IMG/VR virus record: IMGVR_UViG_2744054962_000001
Length of the DNA stretch: 64,000 bases
Origin: a virus
Taxonomy: Duplodnaviria > Heunggongvirae > Uroviricota > Caudoviricetes
Direction: 5' to 3' (one strand)
A program made the position numbers and the translations under genes. Below are positions 57,552-64,000 of the stretch, in pieces. The number at the start of each line of letters is the position of its first letter. Position 1 is the first letter of the stretch. The notes under the pieces were generated by a model. It saw nothing but the letters and a program-made list of their open reading frames with translations. It searched no databases and was not told where the DNA came from.

Positions 57552-58166
57552 ATGTTCGGGATGTCAATTACTCAATCAGATGGAAGTTTGTGGATGAGTC
57601 CTGAATTTACTCCGCAAAATCTGATTAATAAAGGGACAATGTCTACATCTAAAGGTTCTGTTTTTCAAACATCAATCCCATCAAACAAATCATGTTTTTT
57701 TTTCATAAAAAGCAGTAATAAGGCGAACATGATGTTTATTCATGAACATAGTAACGGATACAATGCTCTCAGATTGCATCAGGTAAATGGTAGCCCCGGA
57801 ACAATAACAGTTTATGCTTTTTCTGATATGGTGTTACCACATTCTGGCTATGGCATTGCCATGTATAACAGCGCAGGCGCAATGGTGTATCACGGTGAGA
57901 TGATGCCCCTTGATGCGAAACTTATCACTATTTCTGACCCTCAATTTACAATAGATATGGGGTATCCATGTGCGGTAATGCCTGCTATGGTTGGAGTATA
58001 TAACTATAGACGAACCGATTACGACAGACCTGTCTATGTAACAATGACAGGTGCAACTGGAAACCAAGTATATAACGGTCAATGGTATTCCGGTAATGTC
58101 ACATGGGATATTAAGAAGATTTATACAAACAAAATTCTGGTGATAAATACCTCCAAGTATGATTAG
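57552..58166 (+). CDS. Hypothetical protein (AT-rich module, gene 2)
   Basis: 204 aa from ATG 57552 two bases after upstream stop; Asn/Tyr/Ser/Met-rich; no known motif. Confidence 0.4.
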   Translation: MFGMSITQSDGSLWMSPEFTPQNLINKGTMSTSKGSVFQTSIPSNKSCFFFIKSSNKANMMFIHEHSNGYNALRLHQVNGSPGTITVYAFSDMVLPHSGYGIAMYNSAGAMVYHGEMMPLDAKLITISDPQFTIDMGYPCAVMPAMVGVYNYRRTDYDRPVYVTMTGATGNQVYNGQWYSGNVTWDIKKIYTNKILVINTSKYD

Positions 58167-58315
58167 CCAATGCCTTTATTTGAAGGATTGCCTGTTTATT
58201 TCTATTTAGTACCTTTTCATTTTTGAAATAATAGCACCATTAAACAAATCACTTCTTAATGGTGCTATTATGAATACAGCCCTTTCCATCATCGACGATC
58301 CCAACTCAAACGCTG

Positions 58316-58343
58316 CTATCGACTATCGACTATCGACTATCGG
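58316..58343. repeat. Heptanucleotide tandem repeat (CTATCGA) x 3 plus a variant copy
   Basis: CTATCGACTATCGACTATCGACTATCGG immediately upstream of start codon at 58350. Confidence 0.6.
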
Positions 58344-58349
58344 CAGGAA

Positions 58350-58691
58350 ATGAATGTCATCCACGAAATCGTGGCCGAGTGCGAGAAAGAGATCGCCTTC
58401 ATGTATCAGGTACACGACTTCGTTTATGGCGACGAACGCCACAACATGATTAATCGCCTGCTGAGACTAAACCATCGACCAGATGAAGATCGCTCACGTT
58501 TAAATCGAGGTTGTTTGGATAAAGTCGATCTGGAATGGGTGAAACAGAATATTTGGGCCGAGTACTGGAGGAAGGTCACGGACATGACTAACGTTTTGCT
58601 GATCATGCCAGCTTCCCGTCGAGATGAGTGGCGCGAGCAGTTTATAGAGGGCAAACAGGAAGTCATCAAAACTGACAGAACCGGCTACTAG
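58350..58691 (+). CDS. Hypothetical protein
   Basis: 113-aa ORF downstream of heptamer repeat. Confidence 0.45.
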   Translation: MNVIHEIVAECEKEIAFMYQVHDFVYGDERHNMINRLLRLNHRPDEDRSRLNRGCLDKVDLEWVKQNIWAEYWRKVTDMTNVLLIMPASRRDEWREQFIEGKQEVIKTDRTGY

Positions 58692-58818
58692 ATGAAGGTT
58701 AAAGAGTTCGTTGGTGTACCTGAGTTCAAAGTGGATACAGACATCCCTACGATGGTTTGATCTGACAGCTATCTGCAATTTGCACAGATATCTGCCAGAT
58801 CTGGTTCAGATTAATACA

Positions 58819-61800
58819 CTATATCTGCCCACCTACTCCTTTGAACTTTTCAATAAACGTGACGATTTTCTGGAAAACGGTCTGTTTTTTCGTTTTATAT
58901 TGCGGGTTTAACGGACTAAGTTTTGGTAATGTCTCGTTTAATTCTGTGCCATTTTCGGTGGCGTATTCGCGTTTTAAAGACGTGCGAATATAGCGTTTCG
59001 CCGCCTCTTCATTGAGATTTTCTTCTTTTATCAATGCTTCTGCTTCACGTTGCTGTTCGCGTTGAGCAAACGTAAAGAATGCCTCAATGATACTGGCTTT
59101 GTCTGGTAAATCATCCAGGTTCGTTTGCTGAATAAAATCGACCACCAGGCCCTCTTTCGCCCGGTTCCCCAGGCTTGAACGAATTAAGCGTTTGACCTCT
59201 TCGATCATTTCGCCCTTGCCTTTATTTTGTCTGTTGTGTTCGAAAATCAGTCCAAGGATATAATCCAGGTTTATTTCCTGAGACTTCAGCAAATCGACCT
59301 CAAAAACTACGTCATCCCAGTCAGTGGTTGATTTCTCTTTTTTCTCAGCTTCTTTCTCACGGCGTTGCCAGTCGCGAATATCGTTATAGGCAGAACGATA
59401 ATCCTGAATCTTGCGTTCAGCAGGGAGACGAATCGTTTGCAATTCAGCGAACTTTTCATCATCCACATAATGTTCTTCTTTGAATTTTTCTACCGCAACA
59501 GGATCGCTAAGATCGATTTGTTGCAGGGCTTTCAGCGTGGCAAATTCATCATAGTTTTGCAGGATGTTCTCGGCACGCAGGTATTCACCAAACAGTTTAA
59601 CGAAGTCTTTCTTCTCTTTTTCACTTTCAATACTGGTAGGGTCAGGGAACCGTTGTTCCAATTCTGAAACTACTGCCATAAAGCCGCGCTTAGCTTCACC
59701 AGTGGCAGCATCAGTAAAGCCTTCCATATACTCTGCATAACTCTTTTCTAAAACCACATTTTTGGTGTTTTTGCCACCAAACAGCGTTATGGCATCAATA
59801 GTTGAGCGTTCCAGATCCCGGAAAGTGACGATATTACCGAAGGTTTTAGTTGCATCATAAATACGGTTGGTGCGGGAAAATGCCTGCATCAAGCCGTGAA
59901 AACGCAGGTTTTTATCGACGAATAGCGTGTTCAATGTTGGAGCATCGAAGCCAGTTAAAAACATCCCCACGACAATTAACAGATCGATATCCTGATTTTT
60001 AACCCGCTGGGCTAAATCACGATAGTAGTTCTGAAAACCGTTACTGTCGGTGCTGAAGTTAGTTTTAAAATAGCTGTTATACTCACGAATTGCAGCATCA
60101 AGAAACTCTTTAGCACTGCTGTCCATTGCGCTGGTATCAAAAGTTTCATCGGATATTTCACCAATGGCATTTTGTTCTTCATTAGCGGCAAAGGAGAAGA
60201 TTGTCGCAACACGCAGTGGGTTATAGGTGGCAGATTTATTAGCGGCTTCCTCTTGTAACCGTTTAAACGTCGCGTAATAGGCTTTCGCGGCATCCACGCT
60301 GCTTACTGCCAGCATGGCATTAAAACCTTTGGAACCAGGGAAAGTACGGTGGGTCTTCTGACGGAAATTATTCAGAATATATTGCGTGATTTCCTGAATA
60401 CGCATGGGATGAAGAAACGCCTGCTGATTTTCAGCCGCACTCAGTTTTTTCTCGTCAGTTTCTGTCTCTAAAGACTTAAACTGTGGCCGCACATCGTTGT
60501 AGTCCACCTTGAATTTGAGCACTTTTTCGTCACGAATCGCATCGGTAATTACATACGAATGCAATTCACGACCAAATACGCTGGCGGTTATTTCTGAGCC
60601 TAAGGCATTTTCCGGGAAAATAGGTGTGCCGGTAAAACCAAACTGATAATAGCGTTTGAATTTCTTCTTCAGGTTTTTCTGCGCTTCTCCAAACTGGCTG
60701 CGGTGACATTCATCAAATATAAACACCACTTGCTGATTGTATACAGGCAGGTCGCTTTCTGCTTTCATCAGGTTATTAAGTTTCTGAATAGTGGTGACGA
60801 TAATTTTGTTATCGTCCTTATCCAGATTTCGTTTAAGACCTGCTGTATTTTCCGAGCCGTTAACACTATCTGGCGAAAAACGCTGATATTCCTTCATGGT
60901 CTGGTAATCGAGGTCTTTCCTGTCGACCACGAAGAAGACTTTATCAATAAAGTCCAGTTCTGTTGCCAGACGCGCGGCTTTAAAGCTGGTCAGTGTTTTA
61001 CCAGAACCGGTGGTGTGCCAGATAAAGCCACCGCTTTCGGGGTTAGACCAGTTTTTCGCTTTATAGGAGCTGTTGATTTTCCATAAGATTCGTTCGGTGG
61101 CGGCAATCTGGTACGGTCGCATCACCAGTAGTGTCTGACTACTGTCAAACACGCTGTAGTTCACCAGAACATTCAGCAGAGTATGTTTCTGGAAAAAGGT
61201 AGCGGTAAAATCTTTGAGGTCTTTAATCAGCGTGTTGTCTGATTTCGCCCAGTTCATGGTGAAGTCAAAACTATTTTTATCGCGCTTTGTGGTGTTGGCA
61301 AAGTAACGGGTATCGGTGCCGTTAGAAATGACAAACAGTTGCAGATACTTAAACAGGGAATTTTCGCTGTTAAAACTCTCTTTACTGTAACGATGTATCT
61401 GGTTGAAAGCCTCACGAATCGCCACGCCGCGCTTTTTCAGTTCGATTTGCACCAGAGGCAAGCCATTAACCAGGATAGTTACGTCATAACGGTTAGCGTG
61501 AGAACCTGCCTGTTCAAACTGCTGGATAATCTGCACTTTGTTGCGCATGAGATTCTTTTTATCGATCAAATAGATGTTCTCAAGACGCCCGTCATCAAAA
61601 ATAAAGTCGCAAATATAGTCGATATGGATTTTACGGGTCTTATCCAGAATGCCATCACTCGGGTTGTCCAGATACTGCTCCGTGAAACGCCGCCACTCGC
61701 TGTCATTAAATACCACACCATTGAGGCTCTGAAGCTGTTCCCGAACATTGGACAGCATCGCCAACTGTGATTTTACCGAAATAAATTCATAGCCCTGATT

Positions 61801-61935
61801 CCGCAGGTCCTGAATCAGTTCCCGTTCCAGGTCCGATTCGCTCTGGTAGCTGTCGCCTGTTTGCTCAGCTTTGATGTACTTATCAAGGACGATAAAGTTA
61901 TTGGATTCAGCAATGGTGTGTGTTTGATGAGTCAT
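58819..61935 (-). CDS. hsdR: Type I restriction enzyme R subunit (Type IC, EcoR124I-like)
   Basis: 1038 aa; N-terminus [24 protein letters not shown] matches my recollection of EcoR124I HsdR; helicase motifs TGSGKT and DECHRS. Confidence 0.8.
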   Translation of the reverse strand: MTHQTHTIAESNNFIVLDKYIKAEQTGDSYQSESDLERELIQDLRNQGYEFISVKSQLAMLSNVREQLQSLNGVVFNDSEWRRFTEQYLDNPSDGILDKTRKIHIDYICDFIFDDGRLENIYLIDKKNLMRNKVQIIQQFEQAGSHANRYDVTILVNGLPLVQIELKKRGVAIREAFNQIHRYSKESFNSENSLFKYLQLFVISNGTDTRYFANTTKRDKNSFDFTMNWAKSDNTLIKDLKDFTATFFQKHTLLNVLVNYSVFDSSQTLLVMRPYQIAATERILWKINSSYKAKNWSNPESGGFIWHTTGSGKTLTSFKAARLATELDFIDKVFFVVDRKDLDYQTMKEYQRFSPDSVNGSENTAGLKRNLDKDDNKIIVTTIQKLNNLMKAESDLPVYNQQVVFIFDECHRSQFGEAQKNLKKKFKRYYQFGFTGTPIFPENALGSEITASVFGRELHSYVITDAIRDEKVLKFKVDYNDVRPQFKSLETETDEKKLSAAENQQAFLHPMRIQEITQYILNNFRQKTHRTFPGSKGFNAMLAVSSVDAAKAYYATFKRLQEEAANKSATYNPLRVATIFSFAANEEQNAIGEISDETFDTSAMDSSAKEFLDAAIREYNSYFKTNFSTDSNGFQNYYRDLAQRVKNQDIDLLIVVGMFLTGFDAPTLNTLFVDKNLRFHGLMQAFSRTNRIYDATKTFGNIVTFRDLERSTIDAITLFGGKNTKNVVLEKSYAEYMEGFTDAATGEAKRGFMAVVSELEQRFPDPTSIESEKEKKDFVKLFGEYLRAENILQNYDEFATLKALQQIDLSDPVAVEKFKEEHYVDDEKFAELQTIRLPAERKIQDYRSAYNDIRDWQRREKEAEKKEKSTTDWDDVVFEVDLLKSQEINLDYILGLIFEHNRQNKGKGEMIEEVKRLIRSSLGNRAKEGLVVDFIQQTNLDDLPDKASIIEAFFTFAQREQQREAEALIKEENLNEEAAKRYIRTSLKREYATENGTELNETLPKLSPLNPQYKTKKQTVFQKIVTFIEKFKGVGGQI

Positions 61936-62056
61936 AGCGCATCCTTTGTGCCGCCTGGCAAGGGCCGGAAGGGCGTTAAGAGTGACTTCCGGCGCGTAAA
62001 AAATAGTCTATATACAGACCGGGTGTTAAGGAGGCCCGGTCGGTAGCAATGGTCAA

Positions 62057-63394
62057 TTATTTACTGACAGTTTCAGGTTTTGGGAAACTGAACAGTAAAT
62101 CACGATAGTACTCGTATTGTTTCTGGCGCAACTCGATTTCACGCGGAAGGCCTTCGGTGATGGAGTTAGTCAGGGTGTCGAATTTATCCAGAATCCGAAC
62201 GATTTCAGACTGGATGGCAAGGGATTTTTCCGGATTGCCCGGGCAGGGGATGGGGATGAGTAGTTTTGACATCAATGCATTTGAGCTTAGATTCGGCTGT
62301 GCTCCGCCCCCTGCAAGGATATAAATAGTCTCTGTATTTAACAATAAAAAATGGTATAAATAATTATTGTTTAGAATATTTTCTTTGGGTATAAATTTTC
62401 CAACCCGTTGATTAAGATAACATTTTATTTCTTTTTTATAAATCCCCACTTTTCCTGTAGTGGCACCTGACATTGCAATCAATATATTTCCCATAGATAC
62501 CTCAAAGGAGGATAAATCTTCCTTGTAATCATTTAGTGAAAAGTATTTCACCTCATCTAAGTTAACATTAAACCCATCTATATTTGTGATTCTAACTATC
62601 GGTAACCCAGTTTCTTTAAATAAGCTGCTTTTAAATGCAAATCCATTTTTAAAATCACAAACATCCTTCAGGGTTTTCCACTCAACCTCAACCCCATCCA
62701 GCAATTTTTCCAGATAAATAGGTTTTTCCTGCTCCTCATCAAAACTCAACAACTGGTCGCGATAGTAGTTGTATTGTTTTTTACGCATGCTAAGCTCTGC
62801 TGTAAGCTCTGCTGTAAGGGCGCTGAATTTGTCCAGAATTCGCACGATTTCAGACTGGATAGTAAGGGATTTTTCTGGATCATTAGGACAAATGATAGGA
62901 ACCAGTATTTTTTTAAATCTTGATTTTGAAATATTAAAGCGTGTTACACCACTAGCTGTTTTTGCTATTTCAGAGCGCATGAAATGGGTTCGAAAAAGGT
63001 ATTTTGCGAACTCCGGTTTGATTTTTATGCTGTTACTGAATCTGATACCAAAAGAAAAGCTGTTTAAATACACTGATTCTTCGAAGTGTACTGTAACGGC
63101 GGAGGACATGCCTGCTTCATCAGCAATTTCAGATGAGCCAGTAAATAAAACATCCCCATATCTTACTTTATTTTGTCTTTCTCCCTCACTAATATATACA
63201 TAATCAGTAGGGTAATCATTCACATCTAAATAACCAAATATTTTTTTGTATGAAACATATCTGGCATTACCGTTCTCAAAATCAGATTTACTCTTTCCTG
63301 TTAGGCCACCATAAATTTCAGCGACGTTCCCCAATGGCAACCACTTAACTTCAACCCCATCCAGCAATTTTTCCAGATAACTTAACTCGCTCAT
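62057..63394 (-). CDS. hsdS: Type I restriction-modification specificity subunit (Type IC) with two TAEL repeats
   Basis: Conserved N-terminal, central and C-terminal blocks ([20 protein letters not shown]...[23 protein letters not shown]) with two AT-rich variable target-recognition domains. Confidence 0.8.
   Translation of the reverse strand: MSELSYLEKLLDGVEVKWLPLGNVAEIYGGLTGKSKSDFENGNARYVSYKKIFGYLDVNDYPTDYVYISEGERQNKVRYGDVLFTGSSEIADEAGMSSAVTVHFEESVYLNSFSFGIRFSNSIKIKPEFAKYLFRTHFMRSEIAKTASGVTRFNISKSRFKKILVPIICPNDPEKSLTIQSEIVRILDKFSALTAELTAELSMRKKQYNYYRDQLLSFDEEQEKPIYLEKLLDGVEVEWKTLKDVCDFKNGFAFKSSLFKETGLPIVRITNIDGFNVNLDEVKYFSLNDYKEDLSSFEVSMGNILIAMSGATTGKVGIYKKEIKCYLNQRVGKFIPKENILNNNYLYHFLLLNTETIYILAGGGAQPNLSSNALMSKLLIPIPCPGNPEKSLAIQSEIVRILDKFDTLTNSITEGLPREIELRQKQYEYYRDLLFSFPKPETVSK
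62793..62816 (-). repeat. 12-bp tandem repeat encoding TAEL-TAEL in the hsdS central conserved region
   Basis: AGCTCTGCTGTA x2 on + strand, equivalent to ACAGCAGAGCTT x2 on coding strand. Confidence 0.7.
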
Positions 63395-64000
63395 TTCTGT
63401 ACCTCGCAGCCTTCAATTTCAGCCACAATCGCATCAATATCTTTACGCAACTGGTCGATTTTGCTGACCGTGGTTTTCAGCTCTGCATTCAGTTCAGCAA
63501 TATTGATTATTTCGCGGTTATCTTTCGCTTCCACATAGCTGCTTACCGACAGGTTATAGTCATTCGCGACAACGGTCTCAAACGTGACAGATTTCGCCAG
63601 ATGAGCAACATCTTCCTTGCTGGCAAATACCTGCATAATCTGTTCGATATGGGCATCGGTCAGGATATTGTTGTTAGTCTCTTTTTTGAACAGTTCGCTG
63701 GCGTCAATAAACTGAACTTTGGTATCCGTTTTATGTTTAGACAGCACCAGAATGTTTACGGCAATGGTGGTGCCAAAGAACAGGTTCGGTGCCAGTGAAA
63801 TCACGGTTTCGACATAGTTATTATCGACCAGATACTGACGGATTTTCTGCTCCGCGCCGCCACGGTAAAAAATACCCGGGAAGCAGACAATCGCAGCACG
63901 ACCTTTGGCAGAAAGATAGTTCAGTGCATGTAATACAAACGCAAAGTCAGCTTTGGATTTGGGGGCCAGAACGCCAGCCGGGGCAAAACGCTCATCGTTA
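63391..64000 (-). CDS. hsdM: Type I restriction-modification methyltransferase subunit, C-terminal part (5-prime end beyond window)
   Basis: Frame open to window edge on minus strand; overlaps hsdS start by 4 bp. Confidence 0.7.
   Translation of the reverse strand, partial: NDERFAPAGVLAPKSKADFAFVLHALNYLSAKGRAAIVCFPGIFYRGGAEQKIRQYLVDNNYVETVISLAPNLFFGTTIAVNILVLSKHKTDTKVQFIDASELFKKETNNNILTDAHIEQIMQVFASKEDVAHLAKSVTFETVVANDYNLSVSSYVEAKDNREIINIAELNAELKTTVSKIDQLRKDIDAIVAEIEGCEVQK

Noticed and set aside
58711-58911. 66-aa + strand ORF overlapping the 3-prime end of hsdR
   Set aside because: Overlaps the convergent hsdR end, has no RBS and low-complexity content; likely non-coding.

Overview
This 64 kb window reads as the DNA-replication and nucleotide-metabolism arm of a large phage-plasmid-like element from an enterobacterial background, with a Type IC restriction-modification system at the right edge. 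No database search was possible, so every call rests on motifs I can read in the supplied translations and sequence; start codons are approximate and isotype/family assignments are provisional. Most genes are on the + strand and tightly packed. They include a DnaB-like helicase, DnaG-like primase, ATP-dependent ligase, CobT/CobS-like pair, DnaE-type polymerase, gp32-like SSB, flap endonuclease, a RecA-like recombinase interrupted by a 422-aa LAGLIDADG intein, SbcD/SbcC-like nuclease, RuvC-like resolvase, NrdA/NrdB, thymidylate synthase, DHFR, a DnaQ-like exonuclease, a Dam-like methyltransferase and RNase HI. Plasmid functions are present: a ParA-type partition pair and a minus-strand RepA-like initiator flanked by iteron arrays, DnaA boxes and GATC clusters. 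There are also spanins, three tRNAs with encoded CCA, a tyrosine recombinase beside a lox/dif-like 33-bp palindrome, and two toxin-antitoxin-like pairs. The hunt did not identify a system I can name with confidence. The best candidates for undescribed function are compositionally distinct accessory modules: an AT-rich two-membrane-protein island (3079-4246), an AT-rich two-gene module next to the R-M locus (57268-58166), orphan minus-strand genes (7816-8913, 14585-15139, 37939-38442), an acidic protein beside the Dam-like methyltransferase, and an ORF-poor structured region with a Z-DNA-prone tract (53813-54395). A recurring palindrome plus extended Shine-Dalgarno motif upstream of many genes suggests an element-specific regulatory code. 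No CRISPR array, rRNA or transposase was seen.
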